A stretch of DNA of 64,000 nt from Promethearchaeati archaeon SRVP18_Atabeyarchaeia-1. Its GTDB lineage: Archaea; Asgardarchaeota; Atabeyarchaeia; Atabeyarchaeales; Atabeyarchaeaceae. Shown piece by piece: positions 9,510-19,553 of this stretch. The notes beneath the pieces were generated by a model. The model had not been told where the DNA came from. It was given only the letters and a program-made list of their open reading frames with translations, and did no database searches. A program made the translations under genes and the position numbers. Within the stretch, counting starts at the first letter, position 1; each line of letters starts with the position of its first letter. The stretch is from the NCBI GenBank assembly GCA_037308085.1, contig CP147779.1:1920001-1984000 (forward strand). Direction: 5' to 3'.

Positions 9510-12239
9510 ATGAAAGGCGCGAAACCATTCGGCTCAGGATACTTCGGTAAGTGGATTAAGGACGAATTCGATCTCCCGGCATATCAATACACCTGCAAGC
9601 AGATTAGCGATCCTAAAGCAGTCACCCTGATGAATGAAACTTGGCGCCTCAAAACGGATCACGTTCATCAAGTTGGGAATGACAGACTCGTCGCCGTAGC
9701 ATCAAACTACGGGCATGTACAGGTACGCCAAGACGAGGGCAGCCCCAAGTTTCTAAATGACTATGATGCAGAGCACATGCAATTTGCTGGAGGATTCGGT
9801 TACCTAACCGATGGAACGAAGGTTCTAAGCACTTTCTATTCGGGACGTGAAGAGAGATTCGACCGCATATTTGGAACAGGGTATTATAGGAAGACCGTAA
9901 AAGGGCACGACTTGATGGCAGACCAGATCATCTTCGCCCCGTTCGGCGACGATCCTCTGCTCATCTCCCAAGTTACAGTCAAGAACGAGCGGGATACGCC
10001 CGCTGATCTCAGATGGATTGAGTACTGGGGTTGTCAGATCTACCAGTTCTCTTACAAGTCAACGATGATGTCTTTGGCTACAAAACGACCCCCTATGGAG
10101 TCCCGCCGAAGGCTTGGCAGACGGTTCGAACACAACATCAGCGTGATTGAGAAGAATCACGGTCTGCTCGACGCGAAGCGTTTCAAGGGTTATGACCCGG
10201 GTGACGAGCAGGCTTGGAAACTTGTCAACCAGTACTTGGCTACCCCAGCTGGAAAAGCTCTCACGGGCGGAGCTGTCGAGTCTCCCGTTAGGGAAGCATC
10301 AATCGAGGATTTGTCTCCTCCGCCAGTCTTCCTTGTGTCCCTTGACGCGCCCTTCGATGGCTTCACCACTGATGCCTCGTCTTTCTTTGGAAAAGGCGGT
10401 GCACAGCACCCCGATGGACTGCAGAAGCCTCTCCTTGAGCGCTCTGTCGCACCTAATGCAGAGAAGGGATTGTTTATAGAACGTAAGCTGCCCTTGAATC
10501 CGGGACGAAGCAAGACGATGTACTTCGCTTTCGGCTATCAGCCCCAGGGAGTCGAGCTTCGACCTCTTCTGCTCAAGTACGAGCACGAGCTTCCAAACCT
10601 GCTCGCTCACTCGAGCGGACAATGGAAGGGCAACCTAGTCCAACTTGAACTGGATGATGAACCTTGGGTTAATCGCGAACTAACGTGGCACCATTATTAC
10701 CTTAGAAGCAACCTGACTTTTGACAGCTTCTTCAAAGAGCACATTCTGTCCCAAGGCCACGTCTACCAGTACATCATCGGGTTCCAGGGGGCTATGCGCG
10801 ATCCCCTACAGCATGCCCTACCATTCATCTACAGTGAGCCATGGATCGTAAAAACTATCATCAAATACACCCTGAAGACGGTGACGCCAGAAGGCAGAAT
10901 CCCGTACGGGATAGTCGGAAGCGGAATGTACATGCCCGCGCCATTTCGCCCCAGTGATCAGGAACTGTGGCTGCTCTGGCTCGCAAGTGAATACGTCCTA
11001 GCTACGCGAGACCTTGAGTTCCTAAAGGAGCAGATTGGAACCTATCCCTTGTACGGTCCAAAATCACAGCTAACACGAGTCGGAGACTTGTTGCGCCTCT
11101 GCTACCGACACTTGGTGGAGCACATTGGGACCGGAAAACATGGTTTGCTGCACCTAAGTAATGGTGACTGGAACGACGCCGTAGTCGCAGGCTATGTCCC
11201 ACAGAAGCAGCGCGACGCCGTCTCACAGGCTGGAGGAGAGGCGCTGGACTTCAAGGCGAGCTACAGCCAAGTTGGAGAAAGCGTGTTGAACGCGGCAATG
11301 GCAGGATACGTCCTAGATATCTACGCTAGACTACTGAGCTACGCTGGAGACAAAGAATTGGCCGCAGATGCAAGGAAGCGCGCTCAAGGTCAGCGCGAAG
11401 CCGTTCGCTCTCAGTGGACTGGGAAGTGGTTCAGGCGAGCATGGCTCACAGAAGAAATTGAGTGGATTGGCGTGGACGAAATGTGGCTTGAGCCTCAGCC
11501 CTGGTCCATCATCAGCGGGGCAGCTGACCCAAACCAAGCAAAAACCCTTCAACAGTCAATTCATGACAGTGTTCGGAAACCGTCAAAACTAGGAGCGACA
11601 ATACTCAGTAAGCCTACTAAAGCGATGGCGGGAGCTCCAGGAACTGGAACAAATGCAGGTATATGGCCCTCGATTAATGGTGTCCTCGTATGGGCGTTAT
11701 CACTCACAGACCCTCAGCAGGCGTGGGACGAATGGAAGAAGAACACACTTGCAATGCATGCCGAAGCGTACCCTGATGTGTGGTACGGCATCTGGAGCGG
11801 ACCAGACGTGTACAACTCCGAACACTCGAAGGCCCCAGGCCAAGTCGATGTGGAGCTTCTGGGCGTGAAATGGACTGACTTCCCCGTGATGAACATGCAC
11901 CCACATGCATGGCCACTCTACTCGATCACAAAGTTCGTGGGAGCGGAGTTCACGGAGCGCGGTGTCGATCTCTCGCCTGTCATTCCGAAAGACAAATTCA
12001 GATTCTCCTCCCCTCTTCTCGACTTCGAGAAAACGAAAGAGGGTTACTCGGGCAAGTATGCACCTAAGGCGGCAGGCAAATGGAGAATAGCTCTCCGACT
12101 CGACCAGAAGGAACTCCAGCGCATCTCTGTGGTGGAGATCAACGGCAGAAGTGAAAAGCCTGTTCGTGAGGCCGACCGAATCATCCTCCAAGGGGATAGT
12201 ACATCTGACAAGCCGCTAAGGTGGGTTCTGAAGTATTGA
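9510..12239 (+). CDS. GH94-like glycoside phosphorylase/hydrolase, (alpha/alpha)6 barrel
   Basis: 909 aa; RDPLQHAL, SDQELWLL, GTGKHGLL, GDWND, GESVLNA, WLEPQPWSII, NAGIW. Confidence 0.8.
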   Translation: MKGAKPFGSGYFGKWIKDEFDLPAYQYTCKQISDPKAVTLMNETWRLKTDHVHQVGNDRLVAVASNYGHVQVRQDEGSPKFLNDYDAEHMQFAGGFGYLTDGTKVLSTFYSGREERFDRIFGTGYYRKTVKGHDLMADQIIFAPFGDDPLLISQVTVKNERDTPADLRWIEYWGCQIYQFSYKSTMMSLATKRPPMESRRRLGRRFEHNISVIEKNHGLLDAKRFKGYDPGDEQAWKLVNQYLATPAGKALTGGAVESPVREASIEDLSPPPVFLVSLDAPFDGFTTDASSFFGKGGAQHPDGLQKPLLERSVAPNAEKGLFIERKLPLNPGRSKTMYFAFGYQPQGVELRPLLLKYEHELPNLLAHSSGQWKGNLVQLELDDEPWVNRELTWHHYYLRSNLTFDSFFKEHILSQGHVYQYIIGFQGAMRDPLQHALPFIYSEPWIVKTIIKYTLKTVTPEGRIPYGIVGSGMYMPAPFRPSDQELWLLWLASEYVLATRDLEFLKEQIGTYPLYGPKSQLTRVGDLLRLCYRHLVEHIGTGKHGLLHLSNGDWNDAVVAGYVPQKQRDAVSQAGGEALDFKASYSQVGESVLNAAMAGYVLDIYARLLSYAGDKELAADARKRAQGQREAVRSQWTGKWFRRAWLTEEIEWIGVDEMWLEPQPWSIISGAADPNQAKTLQQSIHDSVRKPSKLGATILSKPTKAMAGAPGTGTNAGIWPSINGVLVWALSLTDPQQAWDEWKKNTLAMHAEAYPDVWYGIWSGPDVYNSEHSKAPGQVDVELLGVKWTDFPVMNMHPHAWPLYSITKFVGAEFTERGVDLSPVIPKDKFRFSSPLLDFEKTKEGYSGKYAPKAAGKWRIALRLDQKELQRISVVEINGRSEKPVREADRIILQGDSTSDKPLRWVLKY

Positions 12240-13279
12240 ATTCGCGGGATCTCACACTATCGGCTATTGAAGGGACGCCTGAGAAGGTCCCGTTCAATCC
12301 CTTCATAATGCATCTTGCGGCAACAATTGAAGGGATCAACTACAGTCAAGTCTACTGTCGCGATGCCGAAGCACTTGTAGAGGCGCACATGAGCTGTGCG
12401 AAAACCTTTGGGATCGACCATGTCAACGTCTCCACAGACGCCTACAGGGAAGCCAGTGCCTGGGGTGTCGAGGTCGATTTCTCTGGTCATACTCCAGTCC
12501 CTTCAAAAACCCTTAGGTTTGAAAGCTTCGACTCGCTGGAAACGCCTGACCTCAGCGTTAACGAACGAGTCCAGAACCGCGTCCAGGCTGTGAAACTGCT
12601 CAACATCAAAGTGGGTCGCGAGCAGTGTATCGTCGGATGGATAGAAGCACCATTCGCGGAGATCTGCTGCCTCTTCGGGCTAATGGAGGTACTTAAGCTC
12701 GGATGGAAACCAGATTGGAAGAATTGGGTAAAAGCGCTGATGGAGCGGGTCTTGCCGGTTCAGCTTGAGTTCGCCAAGATGCAGATCGAAGCAGGCGCAG
12801 ACATCATTGGGGCGGGCGACTCCGCCGTCTCCCAAATAGGTCCCAAGAGATACGAGGAGGCTTGCCTTGAGAAGACCCAAGAGCTCTTCAGGTCAATCGG
12901 AAGGCAGGTGCCCGTCTTGTACCACGTCTGCGGCGATACCTCTGCTCTGGATAAGGAGGGACGCGACATGCTGAAGCTCCTCTCAAGATCTGGGGCCTCC
13001 ATCTTGGATATCGATTATCAAGTCAATATGGCTGTAGCGAAGAGCAAGATTGGCAACCAGATATGTCTTCGAGGAAACACTAACACCAGCCTCCTCGGAA
13101 ACCGCCTATACGGGTCCGAGGATGTCGCCCGTGAAGTCACCCAGACAATTGAAGCGGGGAAGCCAGACGGCAGGTACATGTTTGGAGCTGGGTGCGAATG
13201 GCCCTGGGAGCCACTCGACGTGGCAGCAAGAAACCTAGGCATCGCAAAGACGCTCAACGATAGGCTGGGGGTCTACTGA
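12236..13279 (+). CDS. Uroporphyrinogen decarboxylase-fold methyltransferase (MtaA/CmuA-like)
   Basis: EASAWG, GWIEAPF, QIEAGADII, LYHVCGD (Zn HxC), GAGCE; TTG start overlaps the upstream stop. Confidence 0.85.
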   Translation: MNSRDLTLSAIEGTPEKVPFNPFIMHLAATIEGINYSQVYCRDAEALVEAHMSCAKTFGIDHVNVSTDAYREASAWGVEVDFSGHTPVPSKTLRFESFDSLETPDLSVNERVQNRVQAVKLLNIKVGREQCIVGWIEAPFAEICCLFGLMEVLKLGWKPDWKNWVKALMERVLPVQLEFAKMQIEAGADIIGAGDSAVSQIGPKRYEEACLEKTQELFRSIGRQVPVLYHVCGDTSALDKEGRDMLKLLSRSGASILDIDYQVNMAVAKSKIGNQICLRGNTNTSLLGNRLYGSEDVAREVTQTIEAGKPDGRYMFGAGCEWPWEPLDVAARNLGIAKTLNDRLGVY

Positions 13280-14455
13280 ATGAATCCGAGACAGAGGGTT
13301 ATAGCGGCACTGAACCATGAAGAACCAGACATGGTTCCGATCGACCTCGGCGGAAACCAGTCCGGCATTCACATGAAAGCCTACAAGAATCTACTCAACT
13401 ACCTCGATATTGAGGACAACGACATTAGGTATAGTGACTTCATCCAGCAACTCGCATATCCATGCGAAGAGTTACTGCAACGCCTCGACGTGGACATAAG
13501 GTGGCTGCGGACACCATCATCACTCATCCCCGAGCGCTTCACACCACAAGCAGAGGGAAAGTACCAAGGGGTATTCGATCAGTTTGGAGTATTCTGGGGT
13601 GACAGCGCTGAAAAAGACGTTGAAGATATTCTATTCTATGACCCATGCATCCATCCACTGAGCGACGCAACCACCGTCCAAGAGATAGTGCAGTACGACT
13701 GGCCAGACGGGACTGACAAGTCGCCGCTCGATGGACTCCGCGAAAATGCTAAGAAGCTAAGGGAAACCACCAAGTATGCTATCGCCGCACCTCCCCTGGG
13801 ATGCATCTACGAATACACGACCTTTCTCTTTGGCTTCGAGAAAGCCCTTCGGTTCCTGCGAATGAGGCCAGAGCTCATCGTCGCAGCAATGGAGGAGCTT
13901 GAGAGATACTGGACCGACTACGCCACAACATACCTGAATGAAGTAAAGTTTGGAGACGAGCATTACGTCGACATAGTCGCCGTCAACGGAGACCTAGCTG
14001 CGCAGACTGGCCCAATCATGAATGTGGACAACATCTACTCGCGAATCATCAAGCCAATAGAACGCAGGTTCGCGAAGAAGATACACGAGCTCGCCCAGGT
14101 CAAAGTCAACTACCATTGCTGTGGATCAGTAGCGCGTTTCATCCCCCACTTCGCCGAGATCGGATATGACGCAGTGAACCCGGTACAGGTTGCAGCATAT
14201 GATATGGAACCATGCAGTCTGAAGGAGCGTTTCGGGAAGATTATCTCGTTCTGGGGTGGATTGTGCGACACACAACATACACTCCCCTTCGGCTCCCCCG
14301 AGCAGGTCCGCAGCGAAGTACTCCACAACATGGCGTGCTTGAGGCCGGGCGGAGGATACGTCGCGTCGAACATCCACAACGTAACCGCAGAGGTGCCACC
14401 CCTGAACGTGGTCGCAATGTTTGACGCCAGCAGGGAATTCAGGCGCCACCAGTGA
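13280..14455 (+). CDS. Second URO-D-family corrinoid methyltransferase-like protein
   Basis: MNPRQRVIAALNHEEPDMVPIDLGG, YHCCGS, NPVQ, FWGG..DTQHTLPFG, PGGGY...HN; starts immediately after the previous stop. Confidence 0.85.
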   Translation: MNPRQRVIAALNHEEPDMVPIDLGGNQSGIHMKAYKNLLNYLDIEDNDIRYSDFIQQLAYPCEELLQRLDVDIRWLRTPSSLIPERFTPQAEGKYQGVFDQFGVFWGDSAEKDVEDILFYDPCIHPLSDATTVQEIVQYDWPDGTDKSPLDGLRENAKKLRETTKYAIAAPPLGCIYEYTTFLFGFEKALRFLRMRPELIVAAMEELERYWTDYATTYLNEVKFGDEHYVDIVAVNGDLAAQTGPIMNVDNIYSRIIKPIERRFAKKIHELAQVKVNYHCCGSVARFIPHFAEIGYDAVNPVQVAAYDMEPCSLKERFGKIISFWGGLCDTQHTLPFGSPEQVRSEVLHNMACLRPGGGYVASNIHNVTAEVPPLNVVAMFDASREFRRHQ

Positions 14456-14534
14456 GCGAGGTCTACGTCGCCTCGGAGGACCTTCTTTCTTCAGATGCAC
14501 TGATGCGTCGGTCAGCCCGTCAAGGAGAACCAAG

Positions 14535-16709
14535 CTAAGGAGATACCTCGACCCAGATCGGCCCTGCGTAGGCAATTCGCCCGTTAGCTCCGACGACGCG
14601 TATCAAGTAGAAATCCGCCCCACCTGTATTCAGCTTGCTCGGATCTATTGGGTTATCGCTGTAGATGTTTATGTAGTATTTTCCGTCTATCTGGACGCAG
14701 TTCTGTACCCCGTACGATGTGCCTGCTACTGGCGCAGTGTCGATTAGTGTTATGTTCGCCACTGGGGTACTTATCGGGATGCGCGCTGTAAGGTTGCCGT
14801 TCTTGAAGACTTCTATGTTGGCGTTCCAGTCTGGAGTCCAGTTGGGCGTAACGTGTGCTGCCCCCGGGCGCTTGTTTGCGGCAGGTGCGCCGTCCTGCGC
14901 AACAACAATCGTTATCTCTCGTGCGGTGGAGGCGCTTGTCACCTTGAGGGTGGAACCGTCTCCTACTCGCGTGCCGTTGATGGTGAAGTCGATGAACGGT
15001 CGCCCGTAGTCCGACGACGCGAAGATTCTCTGGTTCTCCAAGCCATCGAAGACCGAATTCCGGGTGAGGTTGATCGCGTAGACTGCCGTGATCCCGCTTG
15101 GGTAGGGCATGGAGATCCGGTTGGGCCAAGTTGTCCAGGGTCGCTGGTGCCCTATGTAGGCATCTGTGTGAGCCAGCGAGTGTCCTGGGTGCCCGTCGTG
15201 GTTGTCGCCTGAAGCGTATAACGTCATCCTGTAGCCCATCTTGAATGCATCCATGATGCACGTTCCAGGTGTATACAGGGGCGGCGGATCTCCACAGGGG
15301 TTGTAGTCGAGGGGATCGCGTTGCTCGAAAAGGGACTCACCATGGACTGACGTGACCTCGGCGATCTTCACGTACTTCGGGTTGATGTACGTCCAGTCCT
15401 GTATGTAGCCCAACTTCGTGGTGTGGTGGGGTAGCGCCAGTGCGCGACACCCGGTTGAGTTTGTGAAGGCGTCGAGGAGACTCCACAGCCCTTGGGTCGT
15501 GGGGATCGTCATATACGAGATGATGGGATTATCGGGTAGACTGTCCCCGCTGAAGATGCATGTATAGTGGCCCGTGCTCGTCTGAGTCCACTCGACTCCC
15601 TGAAGTGCAACGAAGCTTCCAGGGTCGTATGCGGCGTTGGTGGCCCCCTCCGAGTGAGCCAAGGCACCAAGCTCAAACTGCATAGTTTCTCCGTGATCCG
15701 TCAACGCGCAGTAGTCTAGGCAAGCCACATACCTCGCGTAATAGTAATGGTGCTCGGGTGATCCTGTTCCATCGGAGAGCCCCGAGTGACCGTGGAAATC
15801 CCCCCAATAGATCTTGGGATCCACGCTTGAGAAGCTTCCAACTATGATGGGGTTGCTCCAGTAGGTGTTCATGGTGACTGTGTCATTAACCAGAATGTAG
15901 TGGACGCCCGGGGTGTCTATCTTAGCTGTGAAAACGTGGAGTCCGTTGTCTCTGCCATCACGAATATCATAAGCCATGTCGTTGCCGTATGCCTGCCCGC
16001 TGAAGGTGTATGTTTCCGGGAGGCTGGCGCCTACCGATGGGAGTGGACTAAATGTCGTCAGATTATACGACTTGATGGAGAAAGCTACGGTGCCCGCGTA
16101 GACTGCGCTTAGCCTCTCGTAGGGATCCCACGCCTCAACACTCAAGGGAAAACTGGTGCCGGCGTTTACGGTTGTGGGCGCGTGAACCCAGAGCAGGCGG
16201 GGGTTGTTGTCAAACATGACTCCAAGGTTAATGCTTGCACTCCACCAGAGCGCTGTCGGCACCAGGACTATGGTCAGAACGGCTGCAACCTTGGCGTACT
16301 TGGGCATCTTCCTGGCAATCCCGTTCACCCTATCCGTTATGCTTGGCTTCTGCAGGCTTCGCCTCTGCCAGAGCCTCCAAGAGCCAAAAAGCACAATGTA
16401 GACGATTAGCGTGCTCGGCCCCATTATCATTGACAGCAGGTTGGCCGAGATATTCGAGCCGACTGCGGGGTCGCTGAAGACGTTAATGATTACTGTGGTG
16501 ATACCGGCGGTCCACGCCAAAACAACTCCGCTGAGCCTCCACGTGGGATTCCTGAAGAGAAGAAAATAGGATGCACCTATTGCCAGGCCGATGTAGCTCT
16601 GAAAGAAGAAGGTCGTCGTGTAGAACCCGTATACAAGGATAACCAAGCGAACAAGAAACAACACTCTGCGTCTTGGGTCCCGCTTGGTTGCCTTTGGCTT
16701 GGACGGCAA
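14535..16709 (-). CDS. Membrane-anchored DUF3604/PHP-fold metallohydrolase, paralogue 1
   Basis: N-terminal TM helices; YWGDFHGHSGLSDG, LTDH, GVEWT, PHH, SGDNHDGHPG. Confidence 0.8.
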   Translation of the reverse strand: MPSKPKATKRDPRRRVLFLVRLVILVYGFYTTTFFFQSYIGLAIGASYFLLFRNPTWRLSGVVLAWTAGITTVIINVFSDPAVGSNISANLLSMIMGPSTLIVYIVLFGSWRLWQRRSLQKPSITDRVNGIARKMPKYAKVAAVLTIVLVPTALWWSASINLGVMFDNNPRLLWVHAPTTVNAGTSFPLSVEAWDPYERLSAVYAGTVAFSIKSYNLTTFSPLPSVGASLPETYTFSGQAYGNDMAYDIRDGRDNGLHVFTAKIDTPGVHYILVNDTVTMNTYWSNPIIVGSFSSVDPKIYWGDFHGHSGLSDGTGSPEHHYYYARYVACLDYCALTDHGETMQFELGALAHSEGATNAAYDPGSFVALQGVEWTQTSTGHYTCIFSGDSLPDNPIISYMTIPTTQGLWSLLDAFTNSTGCRALALPHHTTKLGYIQDWTYINPKYVKIAEVTSVHGESLFEQRDPLDYNPCGDPPPLYTPGTCIMDAFKMGYRMTLYASGDNHDGHPGHSLAHTDAYIGHQRPWTTWPNRISMPYPSGITAVYAINLTRNSVFDGLENQRIFASSDYGRPFIDFTINGTRVGDGSTLKVTSASTAREITIVVAQDGAPAANKRPGAAHVTPNWTPDWNANIEVFKNGNLTARIPISTPVANITLIDTAPVAGTSYGVQNCVQIDGKYYINIYSDNPIDPSKLNTGGADFYLIRVVGANGRIAYAGPIWVEVSP

Positions 16710-16786
16710 TGCCTACAGTCCTCCGAGGCTCGGCTCGGTCTCAAATCGAGCTTGATTTCTCCTTGTTACTATCTCTTAACCTTTTC

Positions 16787-16886
16787 GTCAGTTACCCGCC
16801 GCTTAAGCTTGTGGGCTTGCAACTCGGGGTTGTCTGGCGCGGCCTTTCAAACCCTTCACCTTGCCAAACGCGCCTACTGACGGAGG
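16787..16886 (-). mobile_element. Orphan 100-bp right end (partial omegaRNA) of the family at 28236-29581 and 38700-40045
   Basis: Near-identical to 38700-38799 and ends ...GGTAACTGAC; no tnpB or left end attached. Confidence 0.9.
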
Positions 16887-17150
16887 GATTCGAGCATTGT
16901 GATCGAGTCAGGGAAGGAGGGCTTTGAGATTGAAGGGCAATAAGTCTATCCTCAAAGTCGAGGGTCTTTGGCAATCCTATGGTAGATGTAATAGTTCACA
17001 GGAATGCATTCCTAGAAAGCGTTATTAAGTGGTGTAAGTGGATGTGTCACGGCATGTTGTTAAGCGTGAGTGGGTGTGGCATCGAAGATGGGAAAGAAGA
17101 GTGTGGTGGAAAAGTATGGGGAAATGCAAAGGCGCCGCGGCAGATGGAGG

Positions 17151-17492
17151 ATGCATGTTGCGAGGAGGCTTGCAACAATAACTGCGCTGGTGATCGGCAC
17201 ACTGTTCATTGAATTGCTTATACTAGGCTTCTCGACGGACAAGGCATTGTGGCAGAACGCTCTCGTCTGGGGTGGAATGCTCTGGATAGGTATCGGGGCG
17301 CTTGTCGGAGGAGGTTTTGCCGATACGACAATGGTTGGGAGGATGAATCCAGCCGCCTCTCCAATTACTGGGGAGGCGCTGGCTCGTGACAGGTTGAATG
17401 AACGCGACAAACAATTAAGTGCTATGCTGACGATGATGGCGGTTGGCGCGGTTCTGTTACTGCTGGGCATAATCCTAGGCTTTGTACTCTGA
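17151..17492 (+). CDS. Small 3-TM membrane protein
   Basis: Three hydrophobic segments. Confidence 0.6.
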   Translation: MHVARRLATITALVIGTLFIELLILGFSTDKALWQNALVWGGMLWIGIGALVGGGFADTTMVGRMNPAASPITGEALARDRLNERDKQLSAMLTMMAVGAVLLLLGIILGFVL

Positions 17493-17872
17493 GCTACCTT
17501 CAACTTGCTGCCGATAGATGCCTAAGCTTACGCATGACTCTAGGTGAACAGCATTTTCCTGTTTTTCACTATGCACTCCGAAAATGCTACTGTGGCTTGA
17601 AGAGGTGTCGGTGCGTCTTGTAGAATCCTTGCGTGCGTCTGTAGATTATTGCCTATTTACTGAGCTGAGTTCCAAACTCGCTCGAAGGATTTGCTCTACA
17701 AAGGCGGTTTCCTATTCTGCCAAGGGTGCATTTTTCGTGAGCTCTCCATGCTCTGAGAACGCCTAAGCCATCGTGGTGGTTTCCGATAATCTGGAGCCCA
17801 ATGGGGAGACCCTTTGATGTGAAGCCGATTGGTATAGAGGCGGCTGGCTGCCCAGTGAGGTTGAATGGGTAG

Positions 17873-18184
17873 GTGGAAGGTATTTCGGTGAACTATGATC
17901 AGATAATAACCGCTGAAGGGAAGAAGAGGGGGTTACTAGGAGAGCTTGGTGTTTCAACAAGAACAAACATCTACAGGTTCAAGGATATGGCAAACGATGA
18001 TGTTGATCAGATTGCCAATGTGACTGTAAGAAGGAAGGATAAAGTTAAAGGACAACAAGCCATGAGTCCGTCGAGAACCAGTGCATTTGATGAACTCAAG
18101 AAACTCGCTGAACTGAGAACTATGGGAGCCATAACTGAAGAGCAATTCCAAGAGAAAAAAAGCAAGTTGATGGAACGGATATAG
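17873..18184 (+). CDS. SHOCT-domain protein, possibly 5'-degraded
   Basis: [28 protein letters not shown] matches the SHOCT consensus. Confidence 0.65.
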   Translation: MEGISVNYDQIITAEGKKRGLLGELGVSTRTNIYRFKDMANDDVDQIANVTVRRKDKVKGQQAMSPSRTSAFDELKKLAELRTMGAITEEQFQEKKSKLMERI

Positions 18185-18309
18185 AGAAATTGATGTATGC
18201 CTACTAATAGTTAGTAGAGGGCAGGTAGGGCAGAAGGGCTTGTTTTGAAGGCGATAGGCACCCTTAAATATGTGTACGGCTGAACCTCAAAACTGAGGTG
18301 CGGGGAACC

Positions 18310-18687
18310 ATGCAATACTGCACAAAGTGCGGGAACGCTATAGAAGAAGGAGAGGAGTTCTGCTCGCGGTGCGGCCAGCCCGTGAAGGGAGGACCGGTCA
18401 CGGCAAAAGGAGAACCGGCTCAACGAACAACGCGGTCAGCGGCTCCGCAGTCAGGGGGATCAAGCTCCGCAGCAATTGCCCTCGGAATCGTAGGCATCAT
18501 AATAGGCTTTCTCTTCATCCCGCTGATCGGGATCATTCTAGGAATTATCGCCATTGCGCTTGGAGCATCAGCATCCGGCCAAGGCGACGAGAACGGAAGC
18601 GCAGGAGTAGTCCTCGGCGTATTGGCGTTGTTTCTCTCGATCATGGGATGGGTATTGGCCATCGTAGTGCTCTCGTCGATGTGGTGA
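18310..18687 (+). CDS. Zinc-ribbon plus DUF4190-like membrane protein
   Basis: YCTKCG...FCSRCG; AIALGIVG...AGVVLGVL; CCTTAAATA TATA upstream. Confidence 0.8.
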   Translation: MQYCTKCGNAIEEGEEFCSRCGQPVKGGPVTAKGEPAQRTTRSAAPQSGGSSSAAIALGIVGIIIGFLFIPLIGIILGIIAIALGASASGQGDENGSAGVVLGVLALFLSIMGWVLAIVVLSSMW

Positions 18688-18862
18688 CCAGCGTTGGGCC
18701 GCCGCTTGGATGCAAGGCTTGGATGCAAGTGGACACAGGGGCATGGACCGATCCTGTGACAAGCGGATATTTCTCCCAGTTCCTGATAGATGTCCATGTT
18801 TTTCGCAAGGCGGGAAACTCGCCGAACTAGCCTTATATTCTATGCATTTGTGAAGAGTAAGC

Positions 18863-19378
18863 ATGACTGAAATAGGCAGAGAAGTTGAAATCTCCCTAAA
18901 GACCAGTTACGGCAACAAGTGGAGGGAAGGGTTACTGGTGCACCTCCTCATCGGACTGGGAAGAAGCATCATAGGAAGAAGCCAAACCCATGGCAGACTG
19001 TGTCAAGAGCCAACTTACCAGGATGAGCACGTCGAGGAAGACGGCGAGGGGATCAGAGAACTTCACGAGAACCCGCTCGGATACATCCGGCAAATGAACG
19101 AGAAGGTCGCGGGGGAACTCGAGAGACAAATCTACAGCATCCGCACAGGTCCTATCAAGCATGAATCAGCCTGCGCTTACCCAGATTTCGGAGAGCTACT
19201 GGAAGCAATAGGCGTCCAAGCCAAGCTCAGGCTCGAAGGGAAAGGAGAAGAGGGGTTGACAGATCTCCTTGAAGCCGTGATACAGGCATCTTGGGAAGAG
19301 GCTCCTCTCGCCCTGAGGGAGGACACTTTCAGAATCATAAGGCTAGTCGGCTTCTTCTCGACAGCCGTCGACCAATAG
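18863..19378 (+). CDS. Hypothetical protein
   Basis: 171-aa ORF with CCTTATATT about 30 bp upstream; no recognised motif. Confidence 0.5.
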   Translation: MTEIGREVEISLKTSYGNKWREGLLVHLLIGLGRSIIGRSQTHGRLCQEPTYQDEHVEEDGEGIRELHENPLGYIRQMNEKVAGELERQIYSIRTGPIKHESACAYPDFGELLEAIGVQAKLRLEGKGEEGLTDLLEAVIQASWEEAPLALREDTFRIIRLVGFFSTAVDQ

Positions 19379-19553
19379 GCCCGAAGTATCTGAGCCACCA
19401 GCCACCCTCCGCGCAGCTGAAGCCCGGACATGTATCTGTCTTCGACTGCGCGCTTACCCGCCAGGATTGTAGCTCACTTGCCAAGTCCAAAGATTTAATA
19501 GCTCATAAGAGAGTCCCTCGAATGATGTCCGGGATTAGACACTTCTAGCCCAA

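Noticed and set aside
17060-17503. 147-aa minus-strand ORF and the many other antisense ORFs in the track
   Set aside because: Shadows of better-supported genes on the opposite strand, with no motifs of their own.
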